From IMG/VR virus record IMGVR_UViG_2540341072_000002: a stretch of 64,000 nt of DNA; one strand, given 5' to 3'. Positions 18,802 to 29,948 of the stretch are shown here, piece by piece; position 1 is the stretch's first letter, and each line of letters starts with the position of its first letter. The position numbers were made by a program, and so were the translations under genes. The notes under the pieces are model-generated. The model saw nothing but the letters and a program-made list of their open reading frames with translations, was not told the DNA's origin and made no database searches. The stretch is from an uncultured virus (IMG/VR IMGVR_UViG_2540341072_000002) (Duplodnaviria > Heunggongvirae > Uroviricota > Caudoviricetes).

Positions 18802-20557
18802 AAATTTTACAACAGATCGCAACAAGCACAGTCGAGGAATCAATATTTTTAAAAAGGGAAACAACTTTAAAAAGAAATCAAAATCTGAAAGATTAATGGA
18901 TGGTATCGGCGCATGGACTTCTTTCTATAGAGCAAACCCACATCGTTTTGTAAAAGAATACTTGGGTATTACACTTAAATTGTTTCAATGTATTTTAATT
19001 TACATGATGGTACATAACCATTATTTTATGTACCTGGCCAGTCGTGGGCAGGGTAAAACTTGGCTAACCTCTGTATACTGCTGTGTGCAAGCCATACTCT
19101 TCCCAGGTACTAAAATAGTTATCGCATCGGGCACAAAGGGACAAGCTCGTGAAGTCATAGAGAAAATTGATGACTTACGCAAAGAATCACCTAATTTAAG
19201 GCGAGAAATTGAAGATTTAAAAACCTCAACAAATGATGCTAAAGTGGAGTTTCATAATGGCAGCTGGATTAAAATCGTAGCCTCAAATGATGGCGCCCGC
19301 TCCAAGCGTGCAAACCTCCTTATTGTAGATGAATTCAGAATGGTTGATTTTGAAATCATCAGTAAAGTACTTCGAAAATTCCTGACAGCTCCCCGTTCTC
19401 CTAAATATCTCGAAAAAGAAGAATACGCTCACTTAAAAGAACGAAACAAAGAAATTTACTTGTCTTCCTGCTGGTACAAGGTTCATTGGTCATTTAACAG
19501 ATTCATAACTTACTACAATGCCATGATGAAAGGATCAAAATATTTTGTGTGTGGTCTCCCTTATCAGATCGCAATTAAAGAAGGTCTTTTGGATAAAGAT
19601 CAGGTTAGAGATGAAATGGCCGAAGAAGACTTTGATCCTATCGGTTGGTCTATGGAAATGGAAGCTCTCTGGTTTGGTGAATCTGAAAAAGCCTATTTTA
19701 AATTCGAAGACATTGAAAAGAACCGCAAGCTTGCTTCTCCCCTCTTCCCTCCTGACTATTACAGTCTAATCAAGGATTCCAACTTCAAATATGAAGGCAA
19801 GAAACCAGGAGAAATTAGACTGGTAAGCAATGATATCGCTGGAATGGCCGGTAAGGATAATGATGCCAGTGTTTACACTGTATTCAGACTGATTCCAAAC
19901 TCCAATGGATATGATCGTCATATTGTATACATGGAGAGCATCGTAGGTGGTCACACAGGAACTCAAGCAACAAGAATTAGACAAATATACGAAGATTATG
20001 ATTGCGATTATATTGTATTAGATACTCAAAGTATCGGACTTGGTGTGTATGATGCATTATGCCAGCCTTTATATGATAAAGAACGTGCAAAAGAATATGA
20101 GCCATTTTCATGTATTAACGATGAAAGAATGGCTGCGCGTTGTACTTATCAAAATGCTGAAAAAGTAATTTATAGCATTAAAGGTAATGCACAATTGAAC
20201 AGCGAAATTGCGGTATTACTAAAAGATGGATTCAAACGAGGAAAAATCAAAATTCCTATCAACGAAAATGAAGGAAAAGAATACCTGAAAAGATTTAAAG
20301 GCTATGAAGGGCTATCTCCTGAAGTTAAAGGAAAATTCCTTTCAAGCTATGCTCAGATTACCCTTCTAATAAATGAAATGATCAACTTAGAAGCTGAATA
20401 TAGCGATAACGGACAAGTTAAGCTTAAAGAGCCAAAGAGTAAACGAAAAGACAGATATAGCTCAGTGGCTTATGGCAACTATATTGCTACTGTATTAGAA
20501 AGACAGTTAAACAAACAAACTGAATATGACGTTGAAGATGAATTAGTCTATTTTTAA
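18788..20557 (+). CDS. yonF: Terminase large subunit, 589 aa
   Basis: Walker A SRGQGKT, Walker B LLIVDE, C-terminal nuclease region with KDRYSS. Confidence 0.92.
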
Positions 20558-20574
20558 AAGAAATGAGGTGAAAC

Positions 20575-22095
20575 ATGGTAACCTTAAATAAAGTTGACAT
20601 TGAGTCTGAAGAGTATAAGCAAATGCTGAATGACTATTCAACTTATACTTCTACATTTGCTTCCGGCTTTATCTCAAATATGTTTTCCAATGGCATTGTT
20701 ACGGAAATTGAGGCCGAACAATTAAAGAATTACTTTTCTAACCCCGATGAATTTCAAGAAGAAATTGAAGATCTTGCTCAGTATTTTTACATTTCGACTG
20801 CTGAGATTCACCAATTGTTTGAATTGATTGAAGCCCTCCCTACCCTCAACTATAAAATTGACTCCTTTAATAAAGTTAAGTCTTCAGATAAGCATATTTC
20901 CCTTTTGAATAAATCCTTACATAAGGTTAAGCACAAAAGACTTACTAGGGATCTGTTAAAACAGGTAGCTACAGCTGGTACTCTTGTTGGTATATGGCTT
21001 GGGGATGCTAAGAGCCCGTATCCGTTTATTTTTGATGAAATTAAATATGTATTCCCCTCCTTTAGAAGAAACGGAGACTGGGTATGTGTAGTTGACATGG
21101 AGCTGTTCACTAAGTATAAAGATGATCAAAGAAACGAATTGTTAAAAAGCCTCTCCCCTTATATTAAACAAAGCGATTATGAAAACTTCATGAAAGATCG
21201 AGAGAAATATCGGTTTAAGGAATTGCCACAAGAAAGAACTTTTCCACTACGCACAGGGACGCTAAAAAGAAATCAAGGATTGGGAACATCTTGGGTTACA
21301 CCAGGTCTATATGACGTTCTCCATAAAAAGAAACTTAAAGATGTTGAAAGATCGATTGCAAATAAAATTATTAACGCTGTTGCAGTTCTAACGATTGGAA
21401 CAGATAAAGGTAATGGCGAATACACAAACATGAAGCTGCCTAAAGCAGTTAAACAAAAAATTCATGGTGGCGTTAAAACGGCTTTGGAAAAAAACCAAAA
21501 AGATGGAGTGACTGTAGTATCAATCCCTGACTTTGCTGATATCAATTTTCCAGATGTTAAAGCAGATGGATTAGATGGAGCAAAATTTGATCATATCAAT
21601 AGCGACATTCAATCTGCTTACGGATTATCCGGCTCTCTTTTAAATGGTGATGGCGGTAACTACGCAACTTCGTCATTAAACTTGGATACATTTTATAAGC
21701 GTATTGGCGTTTTAATGGAGGATATTGAACAAGAGGTTTATCAAAAGTTATTCAACCTTGTTTTGCCTGCTGCCCAAAAAGACAATTACTATATGAATTA
21801 CGATAAAGACAAGCCGCTCACTCTTAAAGAAAAAATGGACATCTTAATTAAATTAAACGATAAGGGCTGGTCTATTAAGCACGTAGTTGACAATTTGGCA
21901 GGAGTGTCTTGGGAAAGTTACCTTGAACAAACTCTATATGAAACTGAAGAGCTGAAACTCCAAGAAAAAATTAGACCTTATCAAACTTCATATACCTTCA
22001 CTGGGAATGAAGTTGGCCGCCCAAATGAAGGTAATAAAAACAACGACAACACAGTGAAGTCAGCTACATCCAACGGTAATGACAATCCTATTTAA
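20575..22095 (+). CDS. yonE: Portal protein, 506 aa
   Basis: Size and position directly after the terminase; known assignment in SPbeta. Confidence 0.85.
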   Translation: MVTLNKVDIESEEYKQMLNDYSTYTSTFASGFISNMFSNGIVTEIEAEQLKNYFSNPDEFQEEIEDLAQYFYISTAEIHQLFELIEALPTLNYKIDSFNKVKSSDKHISLLNKSLHKVKHKRLTRDLLKQVATAGTLVGIWLGDAKSPYPFIFDEIKYVFPSFRRNGDWVCVVDMELFTKYKDDQRNELLKSLSPYIKQSDYENFMKDREKYRFKELPQERTFPLRTGTLKRNQGLGTSWVTPGLYDVLHKKKLKDVERSIANKIINAVAVLTIGTDKGNGEYTNMKLPKAVKQKIHGGVKTALEKNQKDGVTVVSIPDFADINFPDVKADGLDGAKFDHINSDIQSAYGLSGSLLNGDGGNYATSSLNLDTFYKRIGVLMEDIEQEVYQKLFNLVLPAAQKDNYYMNYDKDKPLTLKEKMDILIKLNDKGWSIKHVVDNLAGVSWESYLEQTLYETEELKLQEKIRPYQTSYTFTGNEVGRPNEGNKNNDNTVKSATSNGNDNPI

Positions 22096-22125
22096 AACTT
22101 CACTTTTGAAGGGAGGTGAAATTAT

Positions 22126-23562
22126 TTGACAAAGAAGCAAAAGAAAAAACTATGCCAACTTCAATTGAATGAGATTAAAACATCAGATGACCCAACAAAG
22201 TTGTCATGTAGCTTTGTCATTTTTGATTTCGATGTCTCTCACAATAATACAGTAATTTCTAAGGATGTTGCTCTTGAAGCTGCTTCAACAATTATTAATA
22301 AACCGATTGTTGCAAAATATTACGAGGTTGATGAATTAAATACTTCTACAGATGCATTGGGAACTCATGAAGCTTATCTAGACACAGATAAGCACGGAGA
22401 ACTTGAAGTAAAAAGAGATACTGCCCCAATCGGTGTCTTTACATCCGAGGGATACATAACTGAAATTGAAACCCCAGATGGCAAAAAAGAAGTATTGGCA
22501 GCAGATGCAATACTTTGGAGCTCTCGATTTAAAGATGCATGTGAACTTTTACTTGAATGGTATGGTAGAGGCATCAACATTAATACAAGTTGTGAGATCC
22601 TTTATTCAAATTACACTGTGCAAGATGGTATCGAACACCTACAGTCCCCCATCTATTTCGAAGGTCATGCAATTTTAAATTCAGAGAAACGTGGAGAGCA
22701 TGACATTGTCCTCCCCGCCTATGATTCTTCCAAACTTCTAAGCTTTAATGAACTTCAACGATTTGAAAGATTAGTGGCTCAAGCAGCTACAAGACAAAAT
22801 AATGAGGAAGGTGAAAAAATGAATAAGTTTAGAAAAGTGTTTGAATTGTCTCACTCTGACGTTCGGACGCTTCTATATAGCCAATTAGATCCAACCCTTG
22901 ATAAAGAATCAGATTCATTTATTGCAGATGTATATGATACGTATTTCATCGTAAACGTGTATAGCTGGTCAGATGAAAATAGCTATGACAAATACTTTAA
23001 GTTCAATTACACAAGAACAGGCGATACTGTTTCAATTGATTTTGACAGTAAAACTGAGGTATTCATGACGCGCAACTGGGAGGAAGTTGTTCCTGAGCCT
23101 ATTCAATCACAACTTAACCAGAAAGATGAACAAATTAAAGATTTAACGAAACAAGTAAATCAAATCAATAAGGATAAGGTAGGAATTGAACAGCAATTCA
23201 ACACTGCCAGTGAAAAGCTTGTGCAATTAAATTCTGAAGTGGAACAATTGAAGCCTTATAAAGAAAAACACGAGAAAACTTTATTAGAGCAAAAACTAAG
23301 TGAGAAAAATGAATTCTATAAAGCGAAATTTGAAGCTTTAAATGCTGAGGAAAAATTCAGTACAGAAGAAGTACAAAACCTTATCCATGCTTCGGTTAAA
23401 CAAGATGAAGAAGGAGAAAAAGCTGTATTACAACTTAACACAATGTTAGTTGATTTAGTTAGTGTTCCTACTGAAACAAATACAACCATTAGAGAATTTT
23501 CAAGTAAACGGGAAAATTTAATCCCTAACGATGACTCTTTTGAATCACGCTTTTCACAATAA
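22126..23562 (+). CDS. yonD: Prohead protease/scaffold protein, 478 aa
   Basis: Between portal and capsid genes; globular N-terminus and coiled-coil C-terminus. Confidence 0.75.
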   Translation: MTKKQKKKLCQLQLNEIKTSDDPTKLSCSFVIFDFDVSHNNTVISKDVALEAASTIINKPIVAKYYEVDELNTSTDALGTHEAYLDTDKHGELEVKRDTAPIGVFTSEGYITEIETPDGKKEVLAADAILWSSRFKDACELLLEWYGRGININTSCEILYSNYTVQDGIEHLQSPIYFEGHAILNSEKRGEHDIVLPAYDSSKLLSFNELQRFERLVAQAATRQNNEEGEKMNKFRKVFELSHSDVRTLLYSQLDPTLDKESDSFIADVYDTYFIVNVYSWSDENSYDKYFKFNYTRTGDTVSIDFDSKTEVFMTRNWEEVVPEPIQSQLNQKDEQIKDLTKQVNQINKDKVGIEQQFNTASEKLVQLNSEVEQLKPYKEKHEKTLLEQKLSEKNEFYKAKFEALNAEEKFSTEEVQNLIHASVKQDEEGEKAVLQLNTMLVDLVSVPTETNTTIREFSSKRENLIPNDDSFESRFSQ

Positions 23563-23586
23563 ATTTTAAACTTGGAGGAATAAAAT

Positions 23587-24123
23587 ATGGCTACAAGATT
23601 ACAAAAAGCCCTTACTGAAGTAGGTAATCATACTACTGGAAACTTGAATTCTTTAAAAATCAAAACAGTTGCTCACGGTGCAAAAGTGACTGGTTCAGAC
23701 ATTGATAACTTTATGCTTGTTGAACTTGGTTTTGATGCTGAGGGGAACCGTACAGCTTCGAAACTATCAGATAAAACAAAAAAAGCATATTTAATTGCAT
23801 CTCCTGAAGCACGCTACCTTGGTGAATCAATGAGAGATTTTTATAACGGTGTAGGAGAACATGCTCGAATTGTTATCCTTGAGCCAGCTTATACTCGTTT
23901 TGATGTTTCTGCATTTTCATTTAATACAGGAGTGACTGAGGTTAAACAAGGTCAAGTGGCTCACTTTGATATTGCTACTCAAAAGTATATTCTTAGTGAT
24001 CCTACTTCACCTCATGAGGATTATGCTGATTCTTCTGCTAAGTTCCTAGTTGTAAATAATGAAGATGACCTTGTTTACACAATGGGACAAAAACTTGTTC
24101 GCCTTGAAGTAATCGAGGCCTAA
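23587..24123 (+). CDS. yonC: Head protein, probable decoration protein, 178 aa
   Basis: Position before the major capsid gene; function inferred. Confidence 0.65.
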   Translation: MATRLQKALTEVGNHTTGNLNSLKIKTVAHGAKVTGSDIDNFMLVELGFDAEGNRTASKLSDKTKKAYLIASPEARYLGESMRDFYNGVGEHARIVILEPAYTRFDVSAFSFNTGVTEVKQGQVAHFDIATQKYILSDPTSPHEDYADSSAKFLVVNNEDDLVYTMGQKLVRLEVIEA

Positions 24124-24161
24124 TACATAACAAATAAATTTCAATAAAAGGAGTATTTTAA

Positions 24162-25178
24162 ATGAAATTAGATACTGTGAAAATCAAAGGCTTGTTTAGC
24201 CGTGTATTAAATAACAAAATGGACGGTACAGACAAAGCTGATATCCAAACTTACATTAAGAAAGTGTTTGGTGATGGCGGTACTACACCTGACCCTTCCA
24301 TGCTCCATCAATTTAATAACCTTGTCGTTGAACAAGCTGATGAAATTGCGAAACCAAAAGTAACACAGCTCCTCTCCCTTCTGGCCAATGTCCAACAAGA
24401 AAAACGAGGCAATATTAAAGAAATTAAAATTCCAAAAAAGAATAAAGCAAAAGTCATTTGGTCTGCTACAGGCTCTGGTGTTGATTTAGTTCGTGTTGAA
24501 GGACAAGAAACAGTTCCTGCTGTTCCGAAAACTATGTCAACAGGTTTCTATTATGAACCCCTAGATCTCGTAACAGATTCAATTGTTTACTTCAATAAAT
24601 TGGTGAATGATATCGCAGATGCTAAAGTCCGTTTGTACCTCGATAAAATTCATCAATTAACTGCAAGCGCAATTACAGCTGGTAAAATCCCTGCAAAAAA
24701 TGTTCAAACAGGCTCAAACCTTACTCTTCAACAATACAACAAAGTAGCTTCCGTGCTTCAACGTTATGGTGGAAAACCAATCTTCGTCGCTGACACTCTT
24801 CTCATTGACTACTTCGCATTCCAACAAGGAACAGACTCTACGTTTAAGAACTTCTTAACAGAAGAAGTAAAAGGAGAGCTCCTTACTGCTCTAAATCCAA
24901 CAACTATCGGAAGAACAACTGCTGTTAACCTCACTAACCCATTTACAGATGATACAAATAGTAAAGTCGAACTTCCTGTCAACAAAGGTTATATGTTTGC
25001 CGGCGGCGTTTCTCAAAAACCATTTTCTGTTGTTGAGTATGGCGGACTGCGTCAATTGACAGAACAAGATATCGAAGATGAAAGAATCAAAATGAAAATT
25101 GTTCAAGATGCTTCTGTTAACCTTCTTTTTGGAGAAGCAATCGGAATTATTGAAGAACAAGCTGCAGTATCTATCTAA
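24162..25178 (+). CDS. yonB: Major capsid protein, 338 aa
   Basis: Size and position in the head module. Confidence 0.8.
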   Translation: MKLDTVKIKGLFSRVLNNKMDGTDKADIQTYIKKVFGDGGTTPDPSMLHQFNNLVVEQADEIAKPKVTQLLSLLANVQQEKRGNIKEIKIPKKNKAKVIWSATGSGVDLVRVEGQETVPAVPKTMSTGFYYEPLDLVTDSIVYFNKLVNDIADAKVRLYLDKIHQLTASAITAGKIPAKNVQTGSNLTLQQYNKVASVLQRYGGKPIFVADTLLIDYFAFQQGTDSTFKNFLTEEVKGELLTALNPTTIGRTTAVNLTNPFTDDTNSKVELPVNKGYMFAGGVSQKPFSVVEYGGLRQLTEQDIEDERIKMKIVQDASVNLLFGEAIGIIEEQAAVSI

Positions 25179-25213
25179 ATCAAAATATGAGGATTTTTTA
25201 GGAGGATGTAAAT

Positions 25214-25684
25214 TTGACTGAAAAAATTAAGTTAGCACGATACAGAAGTACGTCTTATTTTGTTGGGTATACCGGCGATGGTGGACATAAACAATACACT
25301 TGGTCTGGTAGTAAAAATGGGAAGGCTGATATTAAAGAAGTTCCAAAAGAAGTTGTTGAATGGCTCACAATGAACAGCGTTTGTTTCGATAAAGGTGAAT
25401 TAGTTATTGTTGAAGATAACGAGACAACCAAAGAGATTAAAGATTCTATTGTTGAGTCGGAGGCTTATGAAAATAACATTCATACCAAAGAAGAAATTGA
25501 AAAGATGATTAAATCGGGAAATATTGCTCAACTAAAAAATAAGCTCGATAAAATCACAGTGGATTCTGAGAAGCAATTTATTATTGACGTTGCTTCAGAA
25601 TTTAGTGATGACATTGCTGCAGGCAAATTAAAAGTTTTGGCTGATTGGATGGGAGTCGCTGATCCTTCCCTTCTCTTTGACTAA
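25214..25684 (+). CDS. yonA: Virion morphogenesis protein, 156 aa
   Basis: TTG after GGAGG, synteny. Confidence 0.7.
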
Positions 25685-25698
25685 GAGGAGGGATTTTT

Positions 25699-26094
25699 AT
25701 GACATCTTATGATCAAATATGGGAAACCTTTTTAAACAACTGCGAGACGTCCGATTTTGATGTTCCTCAACAAGAAGAGGACATTTATAAATCAATTCGA
25801 AATGCAATCCTTCATTTCAATAACCGGCTTAGAGACAATTTAAAAGCTGATAATTCAACTGAAACTGTTAATCGAGAATTATCTGAGGATGATCTTCTTA
25901 TTCTTGCACACTTCTTGAGATACATCTTTTTGTTAAATAAAAAGACCTTGTTTGAGAATACGTGGCAGCCCTTCACGAATGACGTGGGGATCAAGAACTT
26001 TGGTACGCAACTCAATTCACTTAAACAAAGTGTAATGGATCAGAAAGACGAAATTGAGCGCTTGATATTGAACGCTGCGGTGGATTATCTATGA
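25699..26094 (+). CDS. yomZ: Probable head-tail adaptor, 131 aa
   Basis: Helical protein in the head-tail joining position. Confidence 0.6.
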   Translation: MTSYDQIWETFLNNCETSDFDVPQQEEDIYKSIRNAILHFNNRLRDNLKADNSTETVNRELSEDDLLILAHFLRYIFLLNKKTLFENTWQPFTNDVGIKNFGTQLNSLKQSVMDQKDEIERLILNAAVDYL

Positions 26095-26345
26095 GTACAA
26101 TTAAAGTTAAATCGGCACATAAAGATGGACAAATAAAGCTTGAGGACTTAGATGTTGTTTGCAATAAACTGTGTAAAAGAAACAATTCAGTCCTCTTCAA
26201 ATTGGAGAAATACCTTAATAAAAAGCTGCTAAGTGATCCTGAACTCACAGAAATCAGGGACACTATTTTAACAGTAAGTGGTGAATTAAGCAGACTTAGG
26301 GATAACTTAGTAACAGACGGTGATTCGAATGAAGGACTACAGTAA
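26091..26345 (+). CDS. yomY: Hypothetical protein, 84 aa
   Basis: ATGA overlap with yomZ. Confidence 0.7.
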   Translation: MSTIKVKSAHKDGQIKLEDLDVVCNKLCKRNNSVLFKLEKYLNKKLLSDPELTEIRDTILTVSGELSRLRDNLVTDGDSNEGLQ

Positions 26346-26979
26346 TTACCACAAGGTTAACATTAATAATAAACTTCTTCATGATGGTAAGCTTATTTTC
26401 CAACAAGGCCTTAAGGGGTTTGAATCTGAAAAAGTCACAATTGATGGAATCGAAAAAACAGTAATGATCACTTCTAAGTACTCTAGTGGCGATGGTTCTG
26501 CAAGATATATATTAGGTGAAATTGCTGACATTTATCGTGGCGGAGTTGTTAAGTTTAATGATGAAACATGGCTCATCACCTCCCACCCTCTCAGTAATAA
26601 GATTTACAAAAAGGCTGAGATAAAAATATGTGGAACATCATTTTTTCTTACTTCAGAAGACAAGCTAATCGATACTGGCAAAATTAACGAAATCACTGGT
26701 AAGCCAATTTATGAAAAAGTACCTGGCGAAAAAACTGAAGTCCCCTGCATATTCGAAAGGACAACTTCAATAAATGGCACTGAATTGGCGGTAAATCTTC
26801 CTGATGGTCAAGCAAACATTACAATTCCTTATCTTGTTCATGAAAAATTGAAAATCGGACTTACCCTCACCTTCTTTGGCGAAGATTATCAAGTCGATGA
26901 TATAGACTATTCTAAAGTTTATGGAGACCACGGAACAATAAAATTGGTTGCCAAAAAGAAAGTTGGTGAAAAGACATGA
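26329..26979 (+). CDS. yomX: Probable head closure/neck protein, 216 aa
   Basis: Beta-rich sequence; position. Confidence 0.6.
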   Translation: MKDYSNYHKVNINNKLLHDGKLIFQQGLKGFESEKVTIDGIEKTVMITSKYSSGDGSARYILGEIADIYRGGVVKFNDETWLITSHPLSNKIYKKAEIKICGTSFFLTSEDKLIDTGKINEITGKPIYEKVPGEKTEVPCIFERTTSINGTELAVNLPDGQANITIPYLVHEKLKIGLTLTFFGEDYQVDDIDYSKVYGDHGTIKLVAKKKVGEKT

Positions 26980-27482
26980 GCATGACTGTTGAACAGATGA
27001 CAAAAGTCTTCAGATTAGTTATGGATGATGTTGAACTGAATCGGCTCTTGTATTACAAAACTGATCCTCTCTCCCCTTCTCATCCAGATGTTCAATCACT
27101 CGAAAATTATTATGACTCCACAAATGACTCTCCCGCTATAATCAATACCATATTCAAGCGAGCACCTAAAACAGATGATCTATCGGATTCACCATTATGT
27201 AGGATGTGTATTTATTTAGGGAATGCATTGCCTAAGCCGACAAACCAAAGCTTTATGTTGTTAAATCAAGAATTGATGATCGATGTATACACACACATTA
27301 ATACATTTGAGATATCTGAGTATCGAAGTTTGAAAATCATCGACAGGGTTTCAAAATTATTTTTCAATAAAAATATTGCTGGTTTTGGTGTAACAGTAGA
27401 TTATAAACGTTTGCTTATTAGTAATCCCCCTGACGGATATTTGGGCTACAAGATGATCTTTACTTTTGGAGCAAGTAAATGA
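26976..27482 (+). CDS. yomW: Probable tail terminator protein, 168 aa
   Basis: Position before the tail tube gene; coupled overlap. Confidence 0.6.
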   Translation: MSMTVEQMTKVFRLVMDDVELNRLLYYKTDPLSPSHPDVQSLENYYDSTNDSPAIINTIFKRAPKTDDLSDSPLCRMCIYLGNALPKPTNQSFMLLNQELMIDVYTHINTFEISEYRSLKIIDRVSKLFFNKNIAGFGVTVDYKRLLISNPPDGYLGYKMIFTFGASK

Positions 27483-28189
27483 ATGAGTTAAAGGATTTCT
27501 TTTTCTTAGGAAAACCGATCCAGACTGAAATAGGAGAGATTGATTTCATCCGCTTAAAAGATTATCCTCTCTACACCAAAGAACTAAGCATGTTGAGGAT
27601 GAATAAGAAAAGTCTTATTAAAGAATATTCAAGGTTTAATGAGGATGGCTCGCTTGACCCATTTATTATTGAAATGAAAAAGAGAGATCTTTATGAAATT
27701 GTACATTCGGTACTCCCTGATTTTCACGAGGCTTATTTCAAAGTTTTTTCAAAAGTATTGATAAACAAGGATTCCCTATCGTTGATTGGAAAACATAATT
27801 TTCCCCGTCTCCGAAAACTAATACTAGACATGCATTGTATCACTGAAGACAAGGTCGTTGACAATGATGAACTTCAGGAGTTCCATGATATAAGTAAATC
27901 ACTCAAGCAACAAGATTCTCAAAGTGATTTAAAGGATATAGTAAGCTGTGTTGCTGCATTTAACGGATACACGTATGAAGAAATATCTGAAATGACGATG
28001 TATCAACTATATTTGTCGTTCTACAGGATGGCTGAAGTTATGAATTATAACACAACCACACTTTTTGCTACCGTCTCTCCTGATGTCAAAGTAAGTGATT
28101 GGAGTAGTCACATTAATCTTTACAAGGAAGAGTCTTATCACCTGAGCACTAAAGATGCTAAAAATATCGAGCAATTATTTGGAGGCTAA
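27479..28189 (+). CDS. yomV: Tail morphogenesis protein, 236 aa
   Basis: Coupled overlap, synteny. Confidence 0.65.
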   Translation: MNELKDFFFLGKPIQTEIGEIDFIRLKDYPLYTKELSMLRMNKKSLIKEYSRFNEDGSLDPFIIEMKKRDLYEIVHSVLPDFHEAYFKVFSKVLINKDSLSLIGKHNFPRLRKLILDMHCITEDKVVDNDELQEFHDISKSLKQQDSQSDLKDIVSCVAAFNGYTYEEISEMTMYQLYLSFYRMAEVMNYNTTTLFATVSPDVKVSDWSSHINLYKEESYHLSTKDAKNIEQLFGG

Positions 28190-28231
28190 TTAACTTTAGT
28201 CTCTTTTTATTTTTATTTAGGAGGAAACAAT

Positions 28232-29029
28232 TTGGCAAAACAAACAGTAATCCATGAAGTTGGAAAAATTACAGCTAAACGTCTGAGCGATAATAAGGTT
28301 ATTGCTTCAGGTGTTACACAAATGACTCAGTTTTCCCAACAAGTTCAACAAGACTTTTTAAAAGGCGGATGGGGTAACCGAGACCTGTATGTTATTAATT
28401 CAAGTAAAGAAGTATCGGGTAATGTCCGAAATGCTTTCTTTGATCTTGATTTCATGGCAATGCAGCAAGGTGTAAAAATTGAAAACGAAACAATTTCTGT
28501 GTGGGAAGATGAAAGCTTAACAGTTAGTGATACTGGTACGGTTATCCTTTCATATCTCCCATTGTCTAAAGTTTCATTAACTAACGAAGATGGAGATCAA
28601 ATTGAAGTTGACGCTGCATCTAAAACAGTTACTGTGCCTGATACCTTTGCAACCAAGGGTGAAGCTTTAGCAGTTCATTATCAAATTGAAGTTGAAGCCG
28701 AGACTGTTGAAATTAACGGTGAAAAATTCTCTGAGAATTACTACTTTGAAATTCACACAATTGAATACGATCCTAAGACTTCAAAAATCTACAGTGACCT
28801 TTATATTCAGCTCCCTAAAGTAAACTTCTCTGGTGAAGCAGATATGTCGTTTGAAGCAGGAAATGCATACACTCCGGAAATCGGCTATCGAGCCCTTGCT
28901 GATAATAACGGAAAAATCGGTAACTTTGCTCGTGTAAAACGTAAAGCTGATGGGACAAAGGGCGTTGTCACTAGTGATGAAGGAACTGGCTCATCTCAAA
29001 GCTCAGATCTTGGCGGAACAACTGAATAA
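28232..29029 (+). CDS. yomU: Probable major tail (tube) protein, 265 aa
   Basis: Strong AGGAGG RBS, beta-rich sequence, position. Confidence 0.7.
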   Translation: MAKQTVIHEVGKITAKRLSDNKVIASGVTQMTQFSQQVQQDFLKGGWGNRDLYVINSSKEVSGNVRNAFFDLDFMAMQQGVKIENETISVWEDESLTVSDTGTVILSYLPLSKVSLTNEDGDQIEVDAASKTVTVPDTFATKGEALAVHYQIEVEAETVEINGEKFSENYYFEIHTIEYDPKTSKIYSDLYIQLPKVNFSGEADMSFEAGNAYTPEIGYRALADNNGKIGNFARVKRKADGTKGVVTSDEGTGSSQSSDLGGTTE

Positions 29030-29046
29030 TTAAGGAGGCGTTTATT

Positions 29047-29658
29047 ATTGCTTTTTTAAACCAGGACGGTGATAAATACACCTCTGCAAAAGATGATGGG
29101 ACAGGTAATCCCATAACAGCTGTATCAATTGAACGTTCCACTGTCCCCTTGGAGGTTGGTCTCAATAATGACCAGCCTCTTAATGTTAATGTGGCCAACA
29201 CTGCACTTGATGTAAATATAACTAATACGGCTTCTGTCCCTGTTTTGGTTAAAAACACTGCAGCAATTAAAACCCAAGTTCAAAAATCCTATTCTGAATT
29301 TGTTGTTACTGATGCTGATACCGTAGCTACAGGTGCAACTAAGTCTTATACAGTTGATCTAATCGATTCACTTGGTGTTTTCAGAACTTACGGTGTTGCT
29401 ATGTACACAACTCAAACAGACAGCTCAAACAGCAAAGTTTTAGCAAGTATTTATTCCGTACCGAAAAACATCCCATTTTATTCTGCAACTACATCAGGTA
29501 ATGATAATTCTGTTCTATTCAACAGCATTGTTTTTGTTCAGAATTACCCTTTACAAAAACAATTAACTTTCACTGCTCCAAAAATACATCTGACAGTTAA
29601 AGCAGCCGGTACAGTTGATCTAACTGGGTTAAAAATCGTTGTTTGGGGGATGGAATAA
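29047..29658 (+). CDS. youA: Virion-associated beta-rich protein, about 203 aa, probable ATT start
   Basis: AAGGAGG at 29032-29038 then in-frame ATT at 29047, open into the 29149 ORF. Confidence 0.65.
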   Translation: MAFLNQDGDKYTSAKDDGTGNPITAVSIERSTVPLEVGLNNDQPLNVNVANTALDVNITNTASVPVLVKNTAAIKTQVQKSYSEFVVTDADTVATGATKSYTVDLIDSLGVFRTYGVAMYTTQTDSSNSKVLASIYSVPKNIPFYSATTSGNDNSVLFNSIVFVQNYPLQKQLTFTAPKIHLTVKAAGTVDLTGLKIVVWGME

Positions 29659-29885
29659 TGACATTTGATGAAGTATGTGGTCTGTTCAAACAATTTGATG
29701 GTTTGGAACAAAAATTCCTATTACTATCAGATGGATCCTATATCAGTGTTGATGATTTCAAGCAACGCTTTGAAGGCGACTTCAATGAGTACGAACCTTT
29801 AAGTTCGCTTCAGTCATCCCCTTCCTCTACCCCAGCTTGGGAAGGTATATGGAATAAGCTACAAGAGGATGGGCTTTTTGAATAA
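29658..29885 (+). CDS. yomT: Hypothetical protein, 75 aa
   Basis: ATG overlaps the previous stop codon. Confidence 0.7.
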   Translation: MTFDEVCGLFKQFDGLEQKFLLLSDGSYISVDDFKQRFEGDFNEYEPLSSLQSSPSSTPAWEGIWNKLQEDGLFE

Positions 29886-29948
29886 GTCCTCCCCTCTTGT
29901 TTTTCTAGATAAAAGACAGTTTTTATTCAAATTAAGGAGGTGGAGTTG

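Noticed and set aside
29015..29050. Programmed frameshift extending the major tail protein YomU into youA
   Set aside because: The youA frame has a stop at 29023-29025, there is no slippery heptamer, and youA has its own strong RBS.
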